Part shown: positions 22,572 to 35,800 of the stretch, piece after piece
Position numbering within the stretch: the first letter of the stretch is position 1
Layout: each line of letters begins with the position of its first letter
Source: Eledone cirrhosa
Lineage: Eukaryota
Reading direction: 5' to 3'
DNA: 64,000 nucleotides
Assembly (NCBI GenBank): GCA_964016885.1
Contig: OZ024742.1
Coordinates: 154,008,001-154,072,000, forward strand
Translations under genes and position numbers: made by a program
The notes under the pieces: model-generated
What the model saw: the letters and a program-made list of their open reading frames with translations, nothing else
Databases searched by the model: none
What the model was told of the DNA's origin: nothing

Positions 22572-23090
22572 TTTAATGGCAGCAATAATGACAGCAATAA
22601 TAAATAAAAAAACGGAAGCAAAAGAACGAATAGGGAAATATAGAGAAGGGGTTTTATGATTACTTCAATGGTTATAAGATGTTCTTCAAGGCAGTAGGAA
22701 CGCTTCGCCTACTGATTGCAATTGTTGAAATATTGTTGCTTTTCATACTTCCAGAGTCGGAAAAGAGTCCCTCAAATAATTTGGTGAATTTTATTAACTT
22801 TTTACTTTTCCCAAAATTAAAAAACAATATTGAATTATACTTATTGTAGTTTTTATTTAATTTCTTTAACAAATTGGGAAACTGAAACACACTTCCATAT
22901 ATATATAATGTTAAGATATTTAAGCATATTCAATATGTATGATGACCACATTTTTCATTAAATAATCTCAAATGACCTTCTTAGATCAGATCATCAAAAC
23001 TCAAGTGTAAGATATATATTCAAGGAGATAGAGAAAAAAAGTGATATATCATTTGAGAAACACAGTAATTTGTACACATATATAATACAA

Positions 23091-23195
23091 ATAATTGTTT
23101 CCAATTTTGGCACAAGGCCAGCAATTAACCAGTGTATTACTGGTACTTTATGTTATCAATCTCGTAAGGATGAAAGGCAAAGTTAACCTCGGCGG
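23091..23195 (-). mobile_element. 5'-truncated SINE
   Basis: Tail plus Nin core only. Confidence 0.8.
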
Positions 23196-23896
23196 TTACA
23201 AATAATATTCAGGAAAACATACTTAAAGTGGAAAAAGCTTCCTTACAATACTGTTTCATAATCCAAAAAGCGGAGACAAGAGCAAAGTCGATCTAAGCAA
23301 TCAACTATCGATTACCAACAATCGATTCTGTTAAAGCCAATGGAAGACAAAGAACTCATCAGAGGGAAATGTTTTTACATATGTTCCACATTGTAGAATA
23401 TATCTTGAGGTCTATTGAGAGGTGAGAGTCTGTCTAAGCTTCTCTTCCACATGGTTTGAAAACAAGACGGTTTAATGTCAATTTCAAAAATAAATAGGAC
23501 TGAACGCCTTATCGGCTAGACAGAGCAGCGAAGTATCAGGCACATTTGAATCAACCCAACAAAATAATACATTATGGAGCAGCTATACACGAAGTTAAGG
23601 TATCAAAACATATCTAATATGTATGAAGACCATGTTTCTCATTAAATAAGCTCAATGGACTTAGTTTAAAGAAAGGATAATTCATTTCCAATTAGACGAT
23701 AAAAGAGTAATGAAAGGAACATATAGCTTTCTCACCTTAATGTATGTTTTATTTTCCTCAATATTACTTGTTTTATATATGTGTACAAAATAGTATGTTT
23801 CTCAAATGACATATAACACTTTCTCTCTCTCTCTAAATCTATCTTTTACAATTGAATTACACACACACAGACACACATACACAATCATGCACACAC

Positions 23897-23959
<63 letters not shown>

Positions 23960-23960
<1 letters not shown>

Positions 23961-24085
23961 AAAAGTTAAAGATGAATAACAACACAAACGGTACGGTGTA
24001 TGGAACAAATATATTAGTTTAATGCTTGAAATAGCAGGAAGAGGGTATTAACGTTTTGGACTCTAGTCCTTCATGTGGAGAAATA
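23960..24085 (-). mobile_element. Solo PLE terminal-repeat fragment with a degenerate hammerhead
   Basis: Homologous to 37350-37480; minus strand reads CACATGA-A-GGAC-TAGA-GTCC-AAAAC-GTT. Confidence 0.7.
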
Positions 24086-24104
24086 ATATATATAGGAAAA
24101 CGGT

Positions 24105-24211
24105 CAGAACCCTGACAGCTGAGCTCCGGCCGTGTCGACAGCTGGATCCGAACTCATGTTCTGTTCGGATCTAGCTGTCGAAACGACCAGAGCTCAACTG
24201 TCGGGGTCCTG
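24105..24211. repeat. GC-rich imperfect hairpin, ~49-bp arms (MITE-like)
   Basis: CAGAACCCTGACAGCTGAGCTC..GGATCCGAAC / GTTCGGATC..GAGCTCAACTGTCGGGGTCCTG. Confidence 0.85.
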
Positions 24212-24298
24212 GAACTTCCAATTACCCACTCATCTACTCTAAGTATCGAGGACGCTGGTACGTTATGGTCCACCTGGTGTCTTAACACACTTTCTTTG

Positions 24299-24369
<71 letters not shown>

Positions 24370-24434
24370 TATTAGAAAGTGAGGTTTTTGTACGAAATGT
24401 AAAAAAAAAACGAGGTGCCCTACACGAGTGAAAG

Positions 24435-24704
24435 TATAAGGAAAAAAGATGAAATCGAAAATGCACTGGAGTCTTCTTTTATAAAAATATATATTTATTT
24501 GGTTCCTTTACCGGTTGTGCAGTTCTTCTGCTTTTCAAAAATAGAATTGAGATGGAGGGTTTGTGAGAAAACCACAAACCCTCCATCTCAATTCTACTTT
24601 TGAAAAGCTGAAGAACTGCGAAACCCGTAGAGGAACCAAAAAAAAATATATGTTTATAAAAGAAGACTCCAGTTGCATTTTCGATTTCATCTTTTTTCCT
24701 TATA
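24435..24704. repeat. Imperfect palindrome, ~130-bp arms with a 7-nt loop (24566-24572)
   Basis: TATAAGGAAAAAAGATGAAATCGAAAATGCA.. / ..TGCATTTTCGATTTCATCTTTTTTCCTTATA. Confidence 0.92.
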
Positions 24705-24723
24705 TATATATATCAACTAGATT

Positions 24724-24798
<75 letters not shown>

Positions 24799-25504
24799 GG
24801 AACAATCACAGGGATGATATATACATGGAACAATCTCAGACATGGCAACCCTTAATTTAATTTAGGATATATATACGGCCCCTTAATTGTTGAGCAAACT
24901 CAGTTGAATGGACTCGGCTTCTATTTCTACCTGTCGATAATCCTATTCACGCCACTGAGATGACGCTGTGCGATGTGTGTATTTTTTTAAAATGCAACAC
25001 GTGGTTCGAGTCATTCACAGATTTGCATTTGCTTTGTAAACGCATATAGTTATTTTCTTCTCCTTTGGCGACCATCCAGGATTTGACTACCGTGATTTAC
25101 TGATTAATTGGTGAAATATATTTCTTACTTAAAGAAATATATACAAAAGAGATTAATCATTTTAAAAGGTATATATATTTGAAGTTCTAGTTAAACTTTA
25201 ATTAGTTACCTACCTAACTATGTGTGCTTACATTCTTTACAAATTATTCCCTGTATTTGTTCCATATGTTTATTTTATATATATATATGTCAATCTATAT
25301 CTAGTTGATATGAAATACTCGGATCTATTCATTGGAATCTCTGAGGTTATTCTACAGTGGATATGGCGCATGTCTCTCAGACATGACAACCCTTAATTTA
25401 ATTTTGTTACCACTGCAATGATATTGTGGGTCCTTGCAATGCTCCCGTCGGCCCCCTGGGGCCCACTTGTCGTTAGGCAACTTGGCAACTGGGCCAATCC
25501 ACAA

Positions 25505-25582
25505 CTGTATACATATATATATTTATTCTTATATACATACAAATAAACACATATATTTACATACATACACGCACACACACAG

Positions 25583-25641
<59 letters not shown>

Positions 25642-25725
25642 CACACATACACACATATACACACATATACACACTGATACACATACATACATACATATAC
25701 ATATATATATACACATATATACACA
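25505..25725. repeat. Compound (TA)n/(CA)n/(TACA)n microsatellite
   Basis: Direct inspection. Confidence 0.9.
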
Positions 25726-26322
25726 TTCTTCTAAAGAAAATATATTTGGGTTATATCCACAATAAGCCGATATATGATTTATTTCCTCTCATTATAAACG
25801 CGTATTGATTTAAATAAACGTATACATACACACATGCATACATAGGAGTACGCATATACACGCATACATATATATACTTTTAAATGCATACATTCACATA
25901 AGTACTTACAACTAGAAAAGGCAAGTAGGTAAAGAATACATACATAACCATAATACAGTGAGACGGATCGAAAGAAGGTGTAGGTTGATCGCAGGAGGTG
26001 GGGTGGGATGTAGATGGAGGGGAATCATTTTATCGACGGAGGTGATTTTAACAGTTTTTAAAAACAAACGACATCCACCCATCTAAATCACCACCTTCCA
26101 CTACCACCAGAACATGGATAACTACTACCACATAAACATTGACAGTCGGCTTTCCTGATGATTTCCTTCGAATGAAACAGTTCTAGTCTTATAGAAGCCT
26201 TTTCTATATCAAAAATGTATACTCTGCTATGTATTGAGTACCTTACTTACTGTGGCTACCCCCGATTAAACCCGGGGCAGACACACACACACATACACAC
26301 ACACAGACACCCAACTCCCACA

Positions 26323-26431
<109 letters not shown>

Positions 26432-26459
26432 GAATCAAAGTTCTGTTTAAATCATTTAT

Positions 26460-26508
26460 TTGCTTACAATTGTTTCTTCCAAACCGAGGTTTGGAGTCTT
26501 CGGAGCAA
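26460..26508 (-). ncRNA. Type I minimal hammerhead ribozyme motif (U4C variant)
   Basis: UUGCU-CCGAAGA-C-UCCAAACC-UC-GGUUUGGA-A-GAAAC-AAUU-GUA-AGCAA: 5-bp helix I, helix II, palindromic helix III ACAAUUGU, GUA site. Confidence 0.75.
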
Positions 26509-27406
26509 TTATTCAGTGATTTTATACATACTTGACCTCCTTTTCAACACAAGAGACATATAGAAACATATGTATATATTGACCCACAGTGATAGACTAC
26601 ACTGTAATTTGTAGGTAAGATACTTAAACTTAGAAATTGTTTATAACCTTATATGATAGGGACTCATTTGAGACACCATTAATGTACTTTAGCATAATAA
26701 ATTTAGCTATAGAAATCAGCTAGTTACCTCCCCTTCCGCATTAACTCCCCTTAATCACACACACACTTCCGGAATATAATACGATGTCAACTCTCACAAC
26801 AAAAACAACCTGCTCTATAGAATCGAATTAGAGAACGACAAGCTGTGATATTCTAACATGGTTCACCAGGCACCCAATGTTAAATCATCGTGGATTGTGT
26901 GATGGACACGTAGTCTATAAATTGCGTTTCCTGAATTGTGAGAGTGGTGGTATGTGTGAGGACAGTGGTGCTGTTTTGCTTCTCATTTGTAATATTTTTG
27001 ATATTTTTGGTTTTTCTCTACACACGGGCTTCTATATCGTACAGGTGTGTGTGAAAAATGATTCTCTTGATTGCCTGCTTTAACTGCTTGTTTTACATGT
27101 AACAATCTGCCGCACTATAATCTTGTATAAATAGGACACGCGTGCATGCCTCACGTGTGACTGTTGCATACACTGGCTACTCCAAACTATCCTCTTGCTT
27201 TATCTTCGTAAACTGCCAATGTTTTATTTTTATTTTTATTTTAACTTTAATTTTGTCCTTTAATATGACTGTAATATTTGTATGTATATTTCAATGCTAT
27301 ATTATTATAATGGATGTCAACCCACTGTGGGTCAATATATACATATGCTTCTATATGTCTCTTGTGTTGAAAAGGAGGTCAAGTATGTAAAAAAATCACT
27401 GAATAA

Positions 27407-27438
27407 TTGCTCTGAAGACACCAAACAATTGTAAGCAA
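27407..27438 (+). ncRNA. Hammerhead motif with helix II deleted
   Basis: UUGCU-CUGAAGA-CACC-AAAC-AAUU-GUA-AGCAA; deletion bounded by AAAC microhomology relative to the other arm. Confidence 0.6.
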
Positions 27439-27625
27439 ATAAATGATTTAAACAGAACTTTGATTCATGTACTTTCTATATAACTGCTCTGTAAAACAAC
27501 TGATGTTGTTACATTGAGCTATTTATCGTACTGGTAATAAGATAGTAATAAACTACTGTCTTTCACTATTTAGGGTTTAAAATATATATAACTATAAATG
27601 GTTTTAGTATATACATAACCATTAA

Positions 27626-27670
<45 letters not shown>

Positions 27671-28052
27671 AATATATATATGTGTGCGTGTATATAATTA
27701 ATTAATGGAGAAGGTACACCGTTGATAGTTACATATGATCTCATCGTCAAAAAGCCTACGATCTCTGCCTAACGGATGTTGGAGTTACGTTCTCCGTTAC
27801 TCATCACGAATGCCGTTGTAGTTTACCTTTATGTAATTTACGCAACCTTTGACAATTCAGGAAAGTGTGAAAACCATGTGAATAACAAAGTCCTTCGGTG
27901 AACAGTTAGATTCCGAAATATAGATACATTTCTATCAGTTATTTAGAGGTTTTCCACGATATCTATATACTTCTCGAGTTTGTTAAAACACCTGTAAGTT
28001 ACAAACAATATATTATAACATAACGTCTTGGATTTTGATCCATGTATATATA

Positions 28053-28104
<52 letters not shown>

Positions 28105-28106
28105 TA

Positions 28107-28865
28107 TGTTTCTTCCTATCTTTCCGTTGCTATACCTTATATGTTTGTTTACTTGTCTCGCTCGCTTTACGCGATATTACTTGTCCCAATAGCTTTATTT
28201 AGCTATCGCTCGCACCAACTGGAGGTAAATGATTTTTAAAGCGATGAAATACCAATGAAGGTTGGAAAATCACTGATGAAGGACTATTTTTTTCATATGT
28301 AACCCATGTGCAACCACGCAGCACTCAATTCTTCTCATGTTTTTATATATATTTTCCCCAGCTGCGTTTGTCTGTTTCTCTCTTACTGCTTACCCCCTCT
28401 CTCTGTATCTCTCACCTTCTTTTGCCTCCTCTGTCAGTCACATTTTCTCTCGACTGGCCTCTTCCTAGCCCTTCCACTCATTCACTCTCTGCTTCTCCCC
28501 TTCTCACTTCCTTCCGTTTGGCCTATGCCGGGTCCTTTCTCGCTCACACCTTACTCACGACGGCGGTCTGTTGTCTCTCTCGCCCATGAAATTCAACCAT
28601 GAACGGATATCATGTACTTGTTTCTTCCTATCTTTCCGTTGCTATACCTGATATGTTTGTTTACTTGTCTCGCTCGCCTTACGCGATATTACTTGTCCCA
28701 ATAGCTTTATTTAGCTATGGCTCGCACAAACTGGAGGTATATAATTTTTAAAGCGATGAAATACCAATGAAGGTTGGACAATCACTGATGACGGACTATT
28801 TGTTTCATATGTATCCCATGTGCAACCACGCAGCACTCAATTCTTCTCATGTTTTTATATATATA
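28107..28865 (+). repeat. Two ~246-bp direct repeats (period 512 bp) around a ~265-bp pyrimidine-rich spacer, embedded in (TA)n
   Basis: 28107-28352 matches 28619-28865 with scattered substitutions; each contains CTGATGA(A/C)GGACTA. Confidence 0.9.
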
Positions 28866-30611
28866 TATATATTAGTAATGATAAATACAAAAATAAAATA
28901 AAAAGCGACGCATTAAGTGTTGTCTATATAAGTGTATATATAAAACAGGTAGAACATATACTATATTACCTTATATTAACACAGAAATGTGCTTAAACAT
29001 GTAATCTTCTTCCATTTATGCACCAACAGTACGAAGGTATATAGAACTCAAACCGAAACTAGAGAAGTATACATATATATATAAATGAGAGCTAACATGA
29101 AATAACTTAGTGTCACTCGTGTTTGTACGTCTGCATATATCTATAAATCATATATAAATGAGAACACATATGTGAGCTTAATTTGATCATGAATGTATGA
29201 GCGTTTATGATTATGTGCGTTTTCCAGTGTTCTGTAACGTACTGTTTTACATGTATATTGTATATTATACGTCAAAATTACTAGAGGCGTTTATATAAAC
29301 TGTAGTATATAATCACACTGACAGACAGACACACATATATATATATATATATGCGTGAGTGTATAATGATATAAGAGAAAAACTACACAAACAAATTTTC
29401 AGACACCAATATTAGGTATAATGCGCACATTATCGCCTATATTTTCGTCTTAGTAAATTGTTTTTTTGTGTAAGAAGGGAAAGTATTATATAAATAAGGA
29501 TACTAATTTCATCTTCGAAGTGTTTCATTCTCAAAACTGATGGATTTTTTTGTGAGTAAATTAGTCTTTTGATATACAGTAGAAATTGTTGCAATGAATG
29601 AAAGTCCATTCAGCCTTTTAGAAGCGTCTCAGTCTGCTGTACGTCACTTAACGCAATAAAGTGTTTGTCTGAAAAGCAAGACTTGTTCTGAATATGTCAG
29701 AAGATGCGGCCGTGATATACTCCACCTTCATCTTTAGAATGAATGCACCATATATTTTTGCTGAGTATCTAAAAATACTAAAATCTGCGATTAGTTCTTG
29801 TAATCTAATCACTTTCTTTATTATCCTGAATAGGAAAAAAATGGTATTTTTAAATAGAAAAACTCGTGTGAATTTAATAGAAAATGTTCTTCGTATGCAA
29901 TATCAATATATAGTTGCACTAAACTACATACTTTTTTTGACATTTGAATAAATGCTGAATATTTCGTATAAAAAAATGTCTTTATTGGAAACTAAATAAA
30001 AAAAATATCTAAATACATTTTGTTCCTAATATGGTGTTATTCATTTGTGTGGAATATGAAAAAAAATACTATGCGCCATCATAGTTTTATTTGTAGCGTT
30101 TATTAAATGTTCCTAATTCGCAGATGATTTGTCTTCAAAATGTCAAATTGTGTTTCGCTATTTTCCCAGGTTCTTGCACTGAAGTGTAATAATTGTTATC
30201 CACATTTTTCTAATATTTGTAATTTCAATTTAATATAGCAATATGCACATATAAATATAGATAGATAAAGATGGGATTTGGCAAAGTATTTAGAATGTCA
30301 GATGGTATGGTTGTACGGCCTATGAGCTCAAAACTCTCTGAAATCAACTTTGCCTTTATCATTTCTTTGACGATAAACGCAGTACTGTTTTTGGTGTTAC
30401 TCTACATCGTTTTCACTCTACTTCTCTCTCAACACTCCTCGTTATGCGAAAGAAATTTGCTTTTTTCTGACCTGGAAAGTGAAACACCAGTTGTGAAATA
30501 CATATGAAAGGTCCTATATCATTACAGTGCCCCTAAGGTCACAGCAGGTGTAATGGTTGCATACACACACATATATATGCATGCATGCATACATACATGC
30601 ATACATACATA

Positions 30612-31705
30612 TTCCCTGTGTGATAATCAAAAACTCACACCCAGGGATGTCGCTCAGCAGTATCGCAGTGAATCCATGGATGAAAAAGTGCATGCCTATC
30701 AGCAAAAAATCATGCATGGATATGTTGCCAGGAAGCTCCAGAGTGAGAGTAATATAGATAAGGAAAGTAGTCTATCTTGGACCAACAACCGCTATATTGG
30801 CTACCACTTTGAAGGATACGCTTTTGCGATCCAAGAACAGGAGATTAGCACGAAATATCTGATTCACAAAAGAGATAGGGATGCAGGCAAAACACATAGG
30901 TGTGATAACAAGTGCAGACTCTGCAGAACTAACATCGAGGATATCACCCATGTCATCAGCAGCTGCCCAAAGATGTCATCGCGGTACTATCTACCTATGA
31001 TGCATGATGTAGTGGCCAAAACACTGTACAATGCAGTTCGGAAAAAAGATAGCCCCGATAATAAACACATTAAAAGCTACAACAATGTGGAATACATCCA
31101 TGTACATAATATGAAAGAGTACTCTGTGGAATGTTCCAGTATAAACCCCAATAAAATGTAGGCATAACAGACCAGATAATATGATATGGGGCAGGGAGAA
31201 GAAAACATGCACAGTAGTGGAAATTAGCTGCCCAGCAGATGCCAATATAATATCAAAGATTAGTGAAAAGGAGAATATTTATGCAGAACTGATGAGATAT
31301 CTGCAGATACTCCACCCTGATTACACCTTCAGATGTGATTATTGGGGCACTGGGATATGTTAGTAACTGCCTCAATACAAATCTTGAGAAGCTAGTCTTC
31401 ACAGGAACAGAAAGAACACAACTAGTTAGGAAACTACAAGTACGATCCATTAATGGAACAGTTAAAATATGTAAAACATTCCAAAACTGTTGCATCTAAT
31501 AACTGCATATACACATGTACAGATACAAAGCGTATCCACATGCACACATACAACTCACAACATACACATCCACACATACAATAACATCCATATCTACACA
31601 TGCATGCATACATACATATCTACCTAGTTGATGTTGTGTAAATTCCAATGAGAGAGTCTTGTGTCTATGTTAGAAACCGATAGCGCCAATCCAACGAAGG
31701 AAATA
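30612..31705 (+). mobile_element. RLE LINE 3' portion, distinct family (zinc knuckle + RLE)
   Basis: FEGYAFAIQEQEISTKY, CRLC..EDITHVISSC, HDVVAK, RPDNMIW..VVEISCP. Confidence 0.85.
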
Positions 31706-31799
31706 ATATCATTATGATAACCACTGATCTGGAGGAAAGATATGGAATAAAGCCTGATATCAATTTCTTTCCCAGGGACACTGGAAAATCCTATTCAAT

Positions 31800-32615
31800 G
31801 TTCGAATAAGATTAAAGAAATGGACTAATTTACATACAAAGTTGTGCATTGGTACCTGAGGCGAAAATCACAGACCATAGAGGTGATACATCATTAAAAA
31901 AGACTGGCATGGCGTTCTGACAAGTTTATGACATCCCACATTGAAGGGTATCTCTATGCAATACAGGAACAAGAAATCCCTACCAAATATCTGATACAGA
32001 AAAGAGGAGGGCCATCAGTCTACAATAAATGTAGGCTATGTAAAACAAACATCGAAGATGTCAGCCACATTGTTGCCAACTGTGAAATAATGTTGTCTCG
32101 TTACTACTTCCCTAAGAGACATGATGTGATAGTTAGAACCATCTGGAACGCACTTAAGAAAATAAAATTAAAACAAGTGAGGAGGAATATGTTGAGATAT
32201 ATTGCAAAAGGCACTGAAAATAAAATCGGGCAACAAATTAAAGCAAAACCGGCCAGATATTGTTGTTTTGAAACACAAATTGAAAACATACTCTGTTGTA
32301 GAGATCAGCTGCCGACTTGTTGACGAAGTTGTAAGAAAAAAACAGGAGAAGGGGGACATCTACGAACCATTGAGGACGAGTTTGCAGATCTAGTATCCAA
32401 TATACACCTCCATCATTATTGGAGTTACATATACCAACCCGCTTAGAACAAAGTATGATTGAACTTGGATTTGTGGACAAAGAGCGCAGCTCGCACCTTC
32501 AGGGTTCGCAAAACATTCTAGTGATTCAAGGGATCACCATTTCTTTTCTTTTCCAACCTTGCCACCATGAAGGTGGCCGGTCAAAAATGCACTCGCAATT
32601 AAGAGACAAAGAAAC
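31800..32615 (+). mobile_element. Second, diverged RLE LINE fragment related to 30612-31705
   Basis: IEGYLYAIQEQEIPTKY, CRLCKTNIEDVSHIVANC, RHDVIV, NRPDIVV..VVEISC. Confidence 0.8.
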
Positions 32616-32649
32616 ATACATGCTTACATGCATACATACATACACACAC

Positions 32650-32710
<61 letters not shown>

Positions 32711-32840
32711 TTTATTCAGTACAATAACAGATTCAAGTTTAAGCAAAGAATCGGTGCTTTCATCCATAACGGTATCTTCTGACACGTATATATTTGATAT
32801 ATCCGCCGCGGATGTTGGTCTTCAACTTTATTATTATTAT

Positions 32841-35800
32841 TATAGTTGCATTTATCTTGTTGTATGTTCATACGAGTTATCACCAATTCACAACCAGTGA
32901 CCTCAAGAGACAACAAGGTCCGCCATGTTCAAGAGAGAGCATACATACACACACAGGCATCTTTAGGTGTCTAGGCTTGTGATGTATGTATATTGACAGA
33001 ATCTTCCTTAGTATATGGGCAGTTCCCATTAGTACTATCTTTTGTATTTCTCCTATACGCGGGTTTCCTAGGATTTGCGATAAGTAATCATTAGACCCCT
33101 TAGGTATCATTCCTAGAGCGCCTACAAACACTGGTATTGTTTTAGTTCTCAATTTCCATGTTTTGAATTTCTATCTCCAGGTCCTTATACTTGCTCAATT
33201 TTTCAATTGTTTTTATAGATACATTCTTGTCTATTGGAACGGACATATCAATTAGCAGGCATACCCTCTTTTTAAAGTCCTTCAGTATTATATCAGGTCT
33301 ATTTGCATCTATTTTTCGGTCTGTTTCAATGCTAAAGTTCCACAAGATTGGGATGTGATTTTTTTCAAGTATGGGAGGTGGTTGATGCTCCCACCAATTC
33401 TTTTGATGGAGCAGGTCAAAATGCTTACGCATTATCGAATGAATGGATTGTGCAGATCTGTCATGCCTGTTTAGGTATTCGGTTGGAGCTATAGGACTGT
33501 TTTTTACATACACGGCATAATGTGTTGCATCCATTTTTTTATTATGTTGGCTTGGTAATTTTTTGTTGGCAGACACTGATCTTGTGCTGATATAATCAGT
33601 CCTTCAGTCTCCGATTTCAGTCCATAGGATGCCAACCACTGATGGGTTAAAGTTTTGTGAACATCAGGATTGTTAGCTATTTATGGGTATTTTCCATACA
33701 GAGGCTTTTCTTGCCATTTCTTAGCCAGTTTCTGTAGCAGTTCTTCGCAGTTACTTTTACCTGCTTTGTTCTTTCTGTGTTTTCCATTTCAGCAGTAAAT
33801 GGGACTTCTGAAATGTGTACTCCATTACTGTATCGTTGTGCATCTTTTGTAATGGACTATGATCTTTTGATGTTTTCCTGTTTCAAAACGAGTTTGATCA
33901 TCCAATCATGTGATTCACTTAGTTATGTAGATAATCCAATTGTTGCAGTTTTCAACGCAATCTCTACCTGGATTAATCCAAGTCATCCTACTTTCCTAGG
34001 GAGATATATTCTTGATGTATCTGCCTTAGGGTGATGTATTCTGTGCATGGTTAAGAATTTTCTAATTGTTGTATCGAACCTACGGATCTCTGTGCTTGAC
34101 CAGTTGATGACATTGTAAATGTAGGTTACTACTGGTATGGCAAGGGAGTTTATGGCATCGATCCTATTCCTTGCATTCAATTCCGTTGCTCTTACTCTGC
34201 GGTAACATTCCTTCCTTATACTTTCCCTCATTGTCGGGTGCTTGATTCCCTCTCCTTCACAAACACCTAGATATTTGTAAGTTTACTCTTGATCAAGTTC
34301 TCTTATACATTACCCCGATCAAGATTAATGTCTGAACCTTTCAGCAGTTTTCCTCTGGTGAACGTTGCTTTGGCGCATTTATCTAGTCCAAACTCCATTT
34401 TAATGTCATCACTGAACTGCTTCACAGTGGATAATAGCCCTTGCAATTGTTCATCATTTTTTGCAAATAGTTTCAGGTCATCCATGTAGAACAAGTGATT
34501 AATGGTTTTGTCATAGATGTTATATCCATGTTTTGTTTCATTGAGCATTTTACTTAATGGTATAATTGCGATGCAGAATAAAAGCGGTGATAAAGAGTCA
34601 CCCTGAAACATTCCACAATTAATATTAACTTCTCCAGCTTCCAGTGATTCCTTTTCACTATTCAAAAGGAGTGTCGTTTTCCATGTCTTCATACTGAATG
34701 ACAAGAACCTCCTGACAACGGGAGACATTTCGAAAATCTCTAAACATTTTTCAATCCAACTGTGTGGCAAACTATTGAATGCTTTTTTATAATCTATCCA
34801 AGCAATTGATATAATTTTGTGTCTATTATGACAATCTTCCAGTATCATTTTGTTAACTAAAAGCTGATCCTTACAGCCATATGAGCTCGTTTACACCCTT
34901 TCTGCTCATTGGGAAATAGGTCATTTATTATCAGGTGGACATATGTATATTCAGTTAGGACTGATGTTAAAATTATATACATTGTGGTCAAGCAAGTTAT
35001 CGGTCTTAAATTTTGGGGATTGTTTGTCTCATCATTCTTGGGAAGCAGGAATGTAATGCCGTTAACTAGCCATGATGTTATCTTTTCTGGTTCCTTAACT
35101 ATTTTACTGTAAAGTTGGGCTAACAGCTCATGAGACTCTGTGGAGGCATTTATCAAACATTTTGGTATTTTGTCTTTTCCTGGAGATTTCCATTTGCTGG
35201 TTTTTCTAAGAGCCAAACGCAACTGTTCAACACTTATATTTTCCCATATTTGTTCGTCAAAGTGAGCTGTATCTTTCATTTGTCTGTCTATCCATGGGGC
35301 ATGTATATTATGAACTTTTTTTCGGCCCAGATCTTTTCACAGAATTCTTGCACTTCCTCCTTGGGTGGTATTGATTTAACAGTTATTATTGTTGACTTGC
35401 CAATTTTTCTGTAGAAGTTTCTTTGATTGTTTTTGAACATATTATTGTCCTTATAGAATCTAGATCGTTTTTCAAAGAGCCTTATACGAGCAGCTTTGGC
35501 GGACAATTTTTGCTTGATTATTTCTATCAGCATGTCTATGTCACTTGTTTATTTTATACTGTACTTTCTTTTCAATTTTCTAAGTTTAGTTTGTTTAACA
35601 TGTTCACCTAATTTATAGTTTGTTAACATTTCTATGTTAGATCGGAGAAGGTTTTTTTGGCGATTGATGTTCTCTTGACAAGTAGATTTCTTATGGGAAT
35701 TCCTTTGTTTTTTCATTTTCACTCCACATAATTGAGTGATGACTTTACCCGATGCATAATAGGCATGTTTTATATCAGTAATGTTTAGTTTGTTTGTGAT

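Noticed and set aside
26150-26190. CTGATGA..GAAAC..GTT hammerhead candidate
   Set aside because: U-U closing pair in helix II and no helix I complementarity
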